A stretch of DNA of 51,508 nucleotides from NCBI GenBank assembly GCA_903822335.1, contig CAIJOT010000150.1, forward strand, positions 1 through 51,508. Direction: 5' to 3'. The position numbers and the translations under genes were made by a program. This DNA is from an uncultured delta proteobacterium (GTDB lineage: Bacteria > Desulfobacterota > Syntrophorhabdia > Syntrophorhabdales > Syntrophorhabdaceae). Positions 43,443 to 51,508 of this stretch are shown here, in pieces (the stretch's first letter is position 1; each line of letters opens with the position of its first letter). Below the pieces are notes generated by a model. The model worked only from the letters and a program-made list of their open reading frames with translations. It was not told the DNA's origin and ran no database searches.

Positions 43443-44468
43443 ATGAAGGCAATGGTGTTAAATAAAATCTGCAAACTTGAGGAAAATCAGCATCCTCTTG
43501 AATTAATGGACTTACCCATCCCGGTTCCAGAAGAAAAGGAGATATTGATAAAAATCTCAGCCTGTGGCGTCTGCCATACTGAACTGGATGAAATTGAAGG
43601 CAGGATACCTCCCTCAGAATTTCCTATTATCCTTGGACATCAGATTGTTGGAAAGGTTGACAAAACAGGCAGTAAAGTAACTAAATTTAAAATCAATGAC
43701 AGGGTGGGGATTGCGTGGATTAATTCTGCTTGTGGGAAATGCACGTTCTGTATTGAAGGCAATGATAACCTTTGTGAACAGTTTAAAGCAACAGGCAGGG
43801 ATGTCCAGGGAGGCTATGCAGAATATACTACCATCTCAGAGGACTTTGCCTATACCATTCCCGAATTATTTTCTGACCTTGAAGCAGCCCCCCTCTTGTG
43901 TGCCGGCACAATTGGTTACAGGTCACTGAGATTAACGGGCATGAAAGATGGAGAAAACTTAGGGCTTGTGGGATTCGGGGCTTCAGCCCACCTTGTAATT
44001 CAGATGGCAAGACATAGATACCCCAATTCAAAAATCTTTGTATTTGCAAGAAATGAAGGAGAAAGAAGGTTTGCGAAAAAACTTGGAGCCTTTTGGGCTG
44101 GCAATATTGATGATGAACCACCAGAAAAATTACATTGCGCCATTGATACAACGCCTGCCTGGAGGCCAATCGTTGAAGCCCTGAAGAATTTGAATCAAGG
44201 AGGAAGGCTGGTTATTAACGCAATTCGAAAAGAAGAAATAGACAAAGGATCCCTTTTAAAACTGGATTACACGGCACACCTCTGGCTCGAAAAGGAAATA
44301 AAGAGCGTGGCAAATGTAGCAAAACAGGATGTCATTGATTTTCTCCAGTTAGCGGCTGAAATCCCTATCAAACCCGAGGTTCAGGAATTTAAACTGGAAG
44401 AAGCAAATAGAGCCCTTGTCGAGCTTAAAGAAAGTAAAATCCGGGGAGCTAAAGTCTTAAGAATTTAA
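43443..44468 (+). CDS. Zinc-dependent alcohol dehydrogenase (MDR family); start trimmed to MKAMVL
   Basis: GVCHTELDEIEG (catalytic Zn), CGKCTFCIEGNDNLC (structural Zn) and GFGASAH (NAD). An AAGGAGG SD lies 9 nt upstream of the ATG at 43443. Confidence 0.85.
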   Translation: MKAMVLNKICKLEENQHPLELMDLPIPVPEEKEILIKISACGVCHTELDEIEGRIPPSEFPIILGHQIVGKVDKTGSKVTKFKINDRVGIAWINSACGKCTFCIEGNDNLCEQFKATGRDVQGGYAEYTTISEDFAYTIPELFSDLEAAPLLCAGTIGYRSLRLTGMKDGENLGLVGFGASAHLVIQMARHRYPNSKIFVFARNEGERRFAKKLGAFWAGNIDDEPPEKLHCAIDTTPAWRPIVEALKNLNQGGRLVINAIRKEEIDKGSLLKLDYTAHLWLEKEIKSVANVAKQDVIDFLQLAAEIPIKPEVQEFKLEEANRALVELKESKIRGAKVLRI

Positions 44469-44510
44469 CTCACTGTCATTTTCAAAAAGTCTTTACTCTT
44501 TCTCTGTCCC

Positions 44511-45425
44511 TTATATTAACCTCACACGAAACTTTTCAACAAAGTGGTCAGGATAATAGGAAAGCTTTGCCTCACGCAATCCAGGTATGCCTAAATCCTG
44601 TTCCCTGTTGATATAAAACACATCCTGCCAGCATTTCTCACAACATTGCTGGTTGATAATAGGATACAAACCTGCAATCTCTGGATTAGCTTTCTCGATA
44701 TGAACAACGGCAGTTTGATCATTCAACAACTCGCCTATGGTGAATGCTTCTACCCTCCCTTCAATCGTAACTACACCTCCCTGGACTTCTAAGACATCGT
44801 AGTGAGCTAAAATCTCCCGGATTGCTTCCCACTCGCCCAAAAGGTTCAGGTCTTCTTCACAACGACGTAACTTACACCACTTTTCCTGGAGTTCCAGACA
44901 AGCATCTATATGTTCATCCTTTAAGGGAACATATGCAAATTCATAGGAGCGGAGTAACTGATTGATATGGTTTCTTTTAGAACGATATTTATTGCCTGAC
45001 AGTTGGACAAGGTCTTCCCTGAGATAGACATAGTCAAAGTGATCTCTCGTTGGTTCAATGGACAGATTCTTCATCCCATAAAGTTCCGAAATCAGCCTGC
45101 TATCGGCCTTTTCAATATACGGCTGTATTTCCCCCTTATCCTCCTGAAACCACTTTAAAAATATACGGGTAACATCCTGCCTCGATGTGGGCCCTATGGG
45201 CTGCATCGCATACATGCTATTTTTACCTTCAGCACACATTACTAAAAGCCAATCTTTGTATATCGACCATTGGAATTGATAGTGAGAGCGCCAGATAAAA
45301 AGATTGGTGAATGTCCATTCAGAGGTCTGGGGTTTATACTGTCTGAGGGCCTCACGAAAAATATCACGATCCTCCAGCTCTATAGGCTTAAATTCAGGAA
45401 ATTCAGGTTTGTTCGACATGGACAT
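44511..45425 (-). CDS. DUF2156 (lysyl-phosphatidylglycerol-synthase C-terminal-like, GNAT fold) protein
   Basis: EWTFTNLFIWRSHY, GNKYRSKRNHIN and the overall ~300-aa architecture are typical of DUF2156. Confidence 0.65.
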   Translation of the reverse strand: MSMSNKPEFPEFKPIELEDRDIFREALRQYKPQTSEWTFTNLFIWRSHYQFQWSIYKDWLLVMCAEGKNSMYAMQPIGPTSRQDVTRIFLKWFQEDKGEIQPYIEKADSRLISELYGMKNLSIEPTRDHFDYVYLREDLVQLSGNKYRSKRNHINQLLRSYEFAYVPLKDEHIDACLELQEKWCKLRRCEEDLNLLGEWEAIREILAHYDVLEVQGGVVTIEGRVEAFTIGELLNDQTAVVHIEKANPEIAGLYPIINQQCCEKCWQDVFYINREQDLGIPGLREAKLSYYPDHFVEKFRVRLI

Positions 45426-45696
45426 AATTCAATACAAAAACGGCAGATTTGTCAAATAATATACACAATAGAATGGCGGCAGATTATAAGGGACATACCC
45501 TTATTGTGAATAAGCAATTGAAGAAAAAAACGTCAAGCAGTCAGGATACAGATTCGTGAGGGAATTTGAAGAAATTTACTTCAAAGATAAAAAAATCAGG
45601 CCCGGGAAATGAAGAGATGAAGAAAAATGTTAAAGGTATTATGAACATCAGTAAAACAGCAGAACGTAGAGGATTCTGACATCTTGTTTACTCCCC

Positions 45697-46401
45697 TTAG
45701 ACACCGAGATAAGCTGTTTTCACATGTTCATTGTTCAGCAATGACTCGCCTGTCCCCTGTATGACTATTCTGCCATTCTCAAGCACATAAGCCCGGTCGG
45801 CTATTGCGAGCGTCTGTTTTACGTTCTGCTCTACAATTAATACAGTGGTACCCTCTTCTTTGATCCTTTTAATGACATTAAAAATATCTTTTACAAGGAT
45901 GGGGGAAAGGCCAAGAGACGGTTCATCAAACATTTGTAATTTTGGTTTGCCCATAAGCCCTCTGCCTATGGCCAGCATTTGCTGTTCACCACCGCTCAAG
46001 GTACCTGCAAGCTGCTTCTTCCGTTCAAGAAGTCTGGGGAATATTTCATAGACCAGCGCCCTTGTTTTTCCCCTATCAGTTTTTGCTTCCCCCTTTAACG
46101 AACCCATGTCAAGGTTCTCTTCAACGGTCATTTCCACAAAAAGCCTTCTTCCCTCCGGAACATGTACTATCCCTGTTTCGATAAGCTTGTATGGCTCCAC
46201 CTTGTGTATGGCTATACCGTTGAACAATATTTCACCTTTTTTCGGCCTTAATATGCCTGATATTGTTTTTAAGGTTGTTGATTTCCCTGCACCGTTTGCG
46301 CCAATGAGGGCAACAATCTCACTTTGTTTTACCTCAAAAGAGATATCCCAGATTACCTGAACATCGCCATAGAAAACATCAATATTTTTTATCTCAAGCA
46401 T
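45697..46401 (-). CDS. livF: Branched-chain amino acid ABC transporter ATP-binding protein LivF-type (start trimmed)
   Basis: GANGAGKSTTLK, LSGGEQQMLAIGR and C-terminal [16 protein letters not shown] is the typical start. Confidence 0.85.
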   Translation of the reverse strand: MLEIKNIDVFYGDVQVIWDISFEVKQSEIVALIGANGAGKSTTLKTISGILRPKKGEILFNGIAIHKVEPYKLIETGIVHVPEGRRLFVEMTVEENLDMGSLKGEAKTDRGKTRALVYEIFPRLLERKKQLAGTLSGGEQQMLAIGRGLMGKPKLQMFDEPSLGLSPILVKDIFNVIKRIKEEGTTVLIVEQNVKQTLAIADRAYVLENGRIVIQGTGESLLNNEHVKTAYLGV

Positions 46402-47119
46402 TGTGTGCCTCTCCCAGATAAGCTTCAATCACAACGGGATTACGGCCGATTTCTAACGGTGTTCCTTCTGCTATTTTCTGGCCATAGCTCAACACAACAA
46501 TCCTGTCAGAGATAGACATGATCACCCTCATATGGTGTTCGATTATCAGTATTGTTATTCCCTTATCCGTTCTTATCTTGTTTACGATCTCTATCTGTTC
46601 GTTAATTTCTGTAGGATTAAGCCCTGCAAAAGACTCATCAAGCAGAATAATCTCAGGTTTTGTGGCAAGGGCACGGGCAATTTCAAGCCTCTTTCTTTTG
46701 CCAAGCGGCAAACCTTTTGATATAAACATTCTGTCCTCATAAAGATTTGTAAACTTCAGCACTTCCATGGAAATTTCTTCAGCCTGAGCCTTACTCTTTG
46801 TGCGTATAAAGGCAGAAGCTATTACGTTGTCGAGAGTGGACATTCTCTGTAAAGGTTTTACTACCTGAAAAGTTCTTGCAACCCCAAGCTTGCACAAGAC
46901 GTGAGGTTTCAGGTTTGATACCTTTTCCCCTTTTAAAAGGACATCGCCCTTAGTGGGTGGGTAAAACCCGTTGATTACATTAAACATTGTTGTTTTACCA
47001 GCGCCATTCGGCCCGATAAGGCCAAGGATCTCCCCTTTGTTCAAAACAAAAGAAACATCCGTGAGAGCTGCGAGCCCACCAAATTGCTTAGAAACGTTTC
47101 TGACCTCAATTAAACTCAT
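46394..47119 (-). CDS. livG: Branched-chain amino acid ABC transporter ATP-binding protein LivG-type
   Basis: [36 protein letters not shown] and C-terminal AYLGE. Confidence 0.85.
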   Translation of the reverse strand: MSLIEVRNVSKQFGGLAALTDVSFVLNKGEILGLIGPNGAGKTTMFNVINGFYPPTKGDVLLKGEKVSNLKPHVLCKLGVARTFQVVKPLQRMSTLDNVIASAFIRTKSKAQAEEISMEVLKFTNLYEDRMFISKGLPLGKRKRLEIARALATKPEIILLDESFAGLNPTEINEQIEIVNKIRTDKGITILIIEHHMRVIMSISDRIVVLSYGQKIAEGTPLEIGRNPVVIEAYLGEAHNA

Positions 47120-48062
47120 GATGACACTCCCTTTTTGCCCTTGAAAGAGGTTTAATCAGTTTTCGGAAATCACCAACAATACCATTCGGGAGGAACATGA
47201 TAATAAGAATCAGTATAATACCAAATATTGTCTGATGGGCAGCCCCTATAAAAGGGATAGAGCGTATTTCTTCGGCAAGAAAAACCATGATTACCGCACC
47301 TACAATGGGACCCCAGTATGTGGCAGCGCCTCCAACCATAACAACCACAACAGTAGCAATTGATACTTCAGAGAGTGGAAATACTGTAGATGGGTCAATA
47401 TAACCCATATAATTCATATAATAGGCGCCTGCGATTCCGGTTAAAACCCCGCTTATACAGAGAGAGATCGTTTTGTAAAAGGTCGTGTTTATCCCAAGCG
47501 ATTCTGCTGCATCCTGGTCCTCCCTGATTGCAACAAAATAGTATCCAAGCTTTGATTCCATGACCATCTTAATCAGTATGTACGTTCCGGCAGCAATCAG
47601 GAGAATTATGTAAAAATACCACGTTTTATCAACCCATGTCCTTTCTCTGAGCATAATACCCATGTTGCCCTTGGTAAAGTCTACAAGGTTTTCTGCTGCT
47701 ACTCTGCAAATTTCTCCAAGCGCAAGGGTTGCAAGGGCAAAATAGGCGCCTCTCAGCCGAAGGCAAATATATCCAACGATAAGTGATAGTGCTGTGAGTA
47801 TCAACACACAAACAGGTAGCCCCCACCAGGCGGATATGCCAAGGTGCTGGTAGAGAAGCCCCGCTGCATATGCACCCATACCAAAGAATGCAGCGTGACC
47901 AAAAGAAACCTGACCTGTATATCCGCCGAGGATATTCCAACCCATACCGATTACAGACCATATGAGAACGAGTATGAGTATGTGCATAACATAGGTGCTT
48001 AAGCCAAAGAATGGCACAATACACAGGAGGGCAAAAACTATGAGGGGAAGGAATTTTTTCAT
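47106..48062 (-). CDS. livM: Branched-chain amino acid ABC transporter permease LivM-type (start trimmed)
   Basis: [16 protein letters not shown] is the LivM signature. The ATG at 48062 is preceded by AGAGGAGG and overlaps the livH stop. Confidence 0.85.
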   Translation of the reverse strand: MKKFLPLIVFALLCIVPFFGLSTYVMHILILVLIWSVIGMGWNILGGYTGQVSFGHAAFFGMGAYAAGLLYQHLGISAWWGLPVCVLILTALSLIVGYICLRLRGAYFALATLALGEICRVAAENLVDFTKGNMGIMLRERTWVDKTWYFYIILLIAAGTYILIKMVMESKLGYYFVAIREDQDAAESLGINTTFYKTISLCISGVLTGIAGAYYMNYMGYIDPSTVFPLSEVSIATVVVVMVGGAATYWGPIVGAVIMVFLAEEIRSIPFIGAAHQTIFGIILILIIMFLPNGIVGDFRKLIKPLSRAKRECHHEFN

Positions 48063-48982
48063 TTTCCTAACCTCCTCTTTCTGAGAATCGATGCAACCCC
48101 TCCAGGGAGAAATACAAGGGCTGCCACGAATATTGAGAATCTTCCTGCGGGTGCCCACCCCATACCAATATATGTAGCTGTCATAGATTCAAAAATTCCG
48201 AGGATCAGACCACCAATGATTGCTCCATCTGTGGAACCCATGCCACCTATGACAGCAATAACGAATCCGATGTTTGTAAATTGTTTTCCCAGTGCAGGGT
48301 ATAAATAATAAATGGGGAGAAAAAGACAGCCTGCGACGGCAACCAGGACCAACCCGATGCCAAAGGTGACCATTCTCACCCAGTTTACGTTTACACCCAT
48401 AAGGAGCGCTGCATCAAGGTCCTGTGATGTTGCCCTTATGGATTTACCTGTATCTGTCTTGGTGAGGAATATCCATAAAGCTATTGTAATCATGACAGCA
48501 ATGATGAACGATAATGTCCACGGCATGGAAAGGGATAGCTCTACAGGAGAATTTTTCCAGAAATCAGTCAGATACCAGGCGCTTGATGCATAGCTTACCG
48601 GAGTAGAACGATAGTCGCCTGTGAAAAACACCGTTGCAAGGTTCGAAAACACCATAGCCAGACCCACTGTGAGTATTACCTGATTATGAGGTAGTATAGA
48701 GTCTACTTTCATTACAGGCGTTAAAAGATATTTTTGTATCCCAAGCCCGAACAAGAACATCGCAGGGGCAGCGATAAAGACAGAAACATACGGGTCTATA
48801 CCAAAGAAAGTAAAGAGCCAGTATGCAATATACATGGCTATCATCATAAAATCCCCATGGGCAAGGTTGATGACCCTCATAACCCCCATGATAAGCGCCA
48901 TACCAAGAGCTATCAGGGCATAAAGTCCGCCTAATAGAAACCCGGATATGAGCGTCTGAAGAAAAAGTTCAAGCTGGGCCAT
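48059..48982 (-). CDS. livH: Branched-chain amino acid ABC transporter permease LivH-type
   Basis: INLAHGDFMMIAMY is the LivH signature. 8-9 TM segments. Confidence 0.85.
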   Translation of the reverse strand: MAQLELFLQTLISGFLLGGLYALIALGMALIMGVMRVINLAHGDFMMIAMYIAYWLFTFFGIDPYVSVFIAAPAMFLFGLGIQKYLLTPVMKVDSILPHNQVILTVGLAMVFSNLATVFFTGDYRSTPVSYASSAWYLTDFWKNSPVELSLSMPWTLSFIIAVMITIALWIFLTKTDTGKSIRATSQDLDAALLMGVNVNWVRMVTFGIGLVLVAVAGCLFLPIYYLYPALGKQFTNIGFVIAVIGGMGSTDGAIIGGLILGIFESMTATYIGMGWAPAGRFSIFVAALVFLPGGVASILRKRRLGK

Positions 48983-49001
48983 TAATCCCCCTTATATTAC
49001 T

Positions 49002-50192
49002 TTACTTTCTTTCCCTCCACTTCGGTATGGGATATACATATTTTGCGCTTGCATATTTTTGTGGCCAGATGGTTTCGTGTTTACCCTTAATTACCTGCAT
49101 TACAAGGGTCTCCATAAAGTTCTGGTTCGTATAGCCCTCTTTGTCTTCAAATTTTATAGGACCAAAGGCTGTCATCATGTTCGTTGCTTTAAAGGCAGCA
49201 CGGATATCATCAGGTTTCCAGGATTTTGCCCGTTCTAAAACGTCCTTTATGATATAAAGGGCTGAGTATGCCTCTGCGCCATGATAAGAGGGATAATCTT
49301 TGTACATCTTTTTGTATTTTTCCGCATACTCTCTTGAACCTGGATAAGCTATTTGTTGGCTCCAGAGAGTGGCTGTCATCACCAATTCTGAGGCCTCTTT
49401 TGCATTTTGTATAAATTCAGGGATTGCAAAACCTGCAGCGCCGCCTGCATAAAGGTTCGCATCAATTCTCAATTCTTTTATCTGCCTCATAAGAAGCGCT
49501 GCATCCATGACATAAGACACCATGTAAATAACATCCGGTTTTGCTGCTTTAACCTTCGACAAGATTGGTTTAAAATCCACAGCGCCTTTTTCATACTGTT
49601 CTTTTACAAGGACTTTTATGCCCACTTTAGCTGCCTGTTTCACCATGTCCTCAGCGCCTGATGTACCGAAATCGGAACTTTCATAAAGTATTGCAATTGT
49701 TTTTGGTTTTACAACTTCCTTCAGAAAGGACATAAGCCCTGTTGCATAATAGGCATTTGTGGGGTTCATACGAAAAACATATTTGTAGTTCTGCTGGGTA
49801 ATATCATCTGTTGCACCGGTAACTACCATATAAGGAATCTTCCTTTCCTCGGCTACTGCTGCAACGGCCTTCGAACAGGAAGAGCTGTACTCACCGAAAA
49901 CAACAGGTTGTTTTTTGACATCAATAAGCCTCTCGACTATTGAGCGTGATACTTCCGGTTTTCCTTGAGAATCCTCAAATTCCAAAACTACTTTTTTCCC
50001 TTTAATGCCTCCCTTTGCATTGATCTCCCCCAGGGCAATTTCGTATGATTTTTTCTCGATTTCGCCAAATTTAGCGTTAGTACCGGTGAGAGGAAGTGGA
50101 ATACCCAGCTTCAATACATTCTGTGCAAAAGCTTGGGGTGCAAAAATACTTAATAAAAACAAGCAACTAACAATTGCCGAGAAACGTTTCAT
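49002..50192 (-). CDS. Periplasmic substrate-binding protein of the LivJ/LivK (Peripla_BP_6) family
   Basis: Signal peptide (MKRFSAIVSCLFLLSIFAPQAFA), then LKLGIPLPLTGTNAKFG. First gene of the liv operon. Confidence 0.85.
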   Translation of the reverse strand: MKRFSAIVSCLFLLSIFAPQAFAQNVLKLGIPLPLTGTNAKFGEIEKKSYEIALGEINAKGGIKGKKVVLEFEDSQGKPEVSRSIVERLIDVKKQPVVFGEYSSSCSKAVAAVAEERKIPYMVVTGATDDITQQNYKYVFRMNPTNAYYATGLMSFLKEVVKPKTIAILYESSDFGTSGAEDMVKQAAKVGIKVLVKEQYEKGAVDFKPILSKVKAAKPDVIYMVSYVMDAALLMRQIKELRIDANLYAGGAAGFAIPEFIQNAKEASELVMTATLWSQQIAYPGSREYAEKYKKMYKDYPSYHGAEAYSALYIIKDVLERAKSWKPDDIRAAFKATNMMTAFGPIKFEDKEGYTNQNFMETLVMQVIKGKHETIWPQKYASAKYVYPIPKWRERK

Positions 50193-50304
50193 ATAATCCT
50201 CCTTGGTAGAAAATTATGTATTGGAATGCTCTGGAGTAGTAAAACTTTTCTGATATAAATTTCCCTGGCATAGGAATATCATGTTTTTTTTAATATCTAA
50301 AAAA

Positions 50305-50324
50305 ACTTTTGTCAATACAAAAGT
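50305..50324. promoter_or_regulatory. Perfect 20-bp palindrome (ACTTTTGT-CAAT-ACAAAAGT), candidate operator in a divergent promoter region
   Basis: Read directly from the sequence. Lies between the liv operon start (50192) and the HExxH membrane protein gene (50406). Confidence 0.35.
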
Positions 50325-50405
50325 ATCATGCAAATCTTGTTGGTGGTGACATGAATACTGAATAATATTGCAAAAGACCAACATGCATACTATCATATTA
50401 TTGTT

Positions 50406-50909
50406 GTGAAACCGGTATCAAGAATAAGTTTGGTCATTTTCATCATAGTGGCCATCCTTTTCTGGATACATGCTATTGTGAGTGAAAATGGTTTTCTTTT
50501 ACTGGATCATATCAACCTTCCCTTCCATGAATTTGGGCATATCTTCTTCGGCATTCTCGGGGAAAGGATTGCTATATGGGGTGGCACTATATCTCAGCTT
50601 GCGATCCCCTTTATGCTGCTGGTAAGTTTCTGGATAAAAAAAGAGCCATTAGGTATTGCCTTCTGTGCTTTCTGGTTTGGAGAAAATCTTCTCAATATTT
50701 CTGCCTATATTGCTGATGCACAAATTATGGCATTACCCCTTGTTGGCGGTGGGGAACATGACTGGAACACAATCCTTTCAGGGTTTAATATGCTTCAATA
50801 TACTACAACAATAGCAAAGACTGTGAAGATATTCGGCTGGCTTATCATGATTGCTGCGGTATTATGGCTTACTTTTGTTGCCCTCTTTGTACAATCTGAA
50901 GAAGAATAG
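50406..50909 (+). CDS. Small polytopic membrane protein with an HExxH motif (HEFGH), possible intramembrane metalloprotease-like protein
   Basis: GTG start, 167 aa, 4-5 TM segments. HEFGH sits at the end of the first cytoplasmic/loop segment, with GGGEHDWN later. Confidence 0.5.
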   Translation: MKPVSRISLVIFIIVAILFWIHAIVSENGFLLLDHINLPFHEFGHIFFGILGERIAIWGGTISQLAIPFMLLVSFWIKKEPLGIAFCAFWFGENLLNISAYIADAQIMALPLVGGGEHDWNTILSGFNMLQYTTTIAKTVKIFGWLIMIAAVLWLTFVALFVQSEEE

Positions 50910-51032
50910 GTATTGTGTTAAGAAACAACCTGCAAAAAAAATACAATATTGTTAACTATAAGAATTGACAAGGAAAAGATAAAAATGTTAAGAATACTTT
51001 CTGAATTTATTTCATATTCTTTTGGAGTTTAG

Positions 51033-51508
51033 TTGGCTATAAATTTGCAGAAAAAAGAACAGGTTGAGAAAGAAACGTTAGATATATTAAGACACAGCAC
51101 CTCTCATCTTATGGCACAGGCAGTAAAAGAACTCTTTCCTGAGGTAAAAGTGGCAATCGGTCCATCAATAGAAAATGGTTTTTATTATGATTTCGATTAT
51201 GCACCGGGATTCACGGAAGAAGACTTAGAGAAGATTGAACAACGCATGAAAGACATAGTGAAGATGGATATACCCATTGAAAGAAAGATGGTAAGAAAAG
51301 AAGAAGCCCTTGAATTGTTTAAAAAGTCAGGCGAAACATTCAAAGTTGAATTACTGGATGGCATAGACGACCACGAGGTAAGTATTTATACACAAGGAAA
51401 ATTTACAGATTTATGCAGGGGTCCACACCTCCCATCAACAGGGAAAATCAAAGCGTTCAAGCTCCTGAGCCTTGCCGGAGCATACTGGAGGGGAAATGAA
51501 AAAAATAA
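51033..51508 (+). CDS. thrS: Threonine--tRNA ligase, 5' part (runs off the window); apparently lacks the N-terminal TGS domain
   Basis: Open-ended, so absent from the ORF track. The frame reads ...[40 protein letters not shown]...[27 protein letters not shown], the ThrS N2/editing domain. An in-frame TAG at 51030-51032 leaves only TTG starts at 51033 or 51045. Confidence 0.85.
   Translation, partial: MAINLQKKEQVEKETLDILRHSTSHLMAQAVKELFPEVKVAIGPSIENGFYYDFDYAPGFTEEDLEKIEQRMKDIVKMDIPIERKMVRKEEALELFKKSGETFKVELLDGIDDHEVSIYTQGKFTDLCRGPHLPSTGKIKAFKLLSLAGAYWRGNEKN

Noticed and set aside
45586-45610. Rho-independent terminator after livF (CCCGGGCCTGA followed by T7 on the minus strand)
   Set aside because: The T-run is convincing, but the preceding GC-rich segment is a 6-bp palindrome with no loop. 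It cannot form a proper stem, so it is left uncalled.
50266-50280. Sigma-54 promoter (TGGCAT-N5-TATCA) upstream of the HExxH membrane protein gene
   Set aside because: The -24 GG is present, but the -12 element lacks the conserved GC (TATCA instead of TTGCA). No enhancer-binding protein gene lies nearby.

Overview
This is a densely coded bacterial chromosomal window of about 50 genes. It is moderately AT-rich, and I cannot assign the organism from sequence alone.

Gene content, left to right:
- 1-11.7 kb (minus strand): a translationally coupled cell-surface glycan block. It holds a legionaminic-acid-type nonulosonic acid operon (LegB-like dehydratase, LegC-like aminotransferase, an AT-rich B12-radical-SAM gene, a NeuD-type acetyltransferase and a NeuB-type synthase). 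Upstream of it are GT39, GT4, WecB, two paralogous SAM methyltransferases and a PmbA/TldD protease.
- 11.8-15.8 kb: nadK-recN-GNAT and a MetE-like gene.
- 15.9-19.8 kb: tatA-tatC-glmU-glmS.
- 19.8-25.0 kb: an accessory island between the convergent 3' ends of glmS and uvrC.
- 25-29 kb: uvrC and uvrB.
- 29-32 kb: a PNPOx-like gene, a decayed NrfH-type cytochrome remnant, atpZ-atpI-atpB-atpE and tRNA-Lys(CTT).
- 32-36 kb: TolC-EmrA-EmrB efflux genes.
- 36-45 kb: a second MetE-like paralog, two paralogous alpha/beta hydrolases, a P-loop kinase, a stand-alone ABC-type ATPase, glycogen phosphorylase, a Zn-alcohol dehydrogenase and a DUF2156 gene.
- 45.7-50.2 kb: the livKHMGF operon.
- Right edge: an HExxH membrane protein and the 5' part of thrS.

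The most interesting locus is a very AT-rich three-gene cassette at 20082-22991. It encodes a small helical protein, a MORC/GHKL-type ATPase with a Gly/Asp/Lys-rich linker, and an unassigned helical protein carrying an RNxxxH motif. It has its own strong promoter and sits next to a Fic gene and a pRiA4b-ORF3-family gene. I propose it as a candidate undescribed conflict/defence system.

Other notable observations:
- STRR-like heptanucleotide tandem repeats occur in many intergenic regions, and two arrays lie in frame inside wecB.
- glmU and uvrC are C-terminally truncated; uvrC borders the island directly, and glmU lies one gene (glmS) upstream of its left edge.
- The legB-like gene has no canonical start codon.
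- An ops-like GGCGGTAG lies in the leader of the nonulosonic acid operon.

All functional calls come from reading motifs in the supplied translations. No database search was possible.
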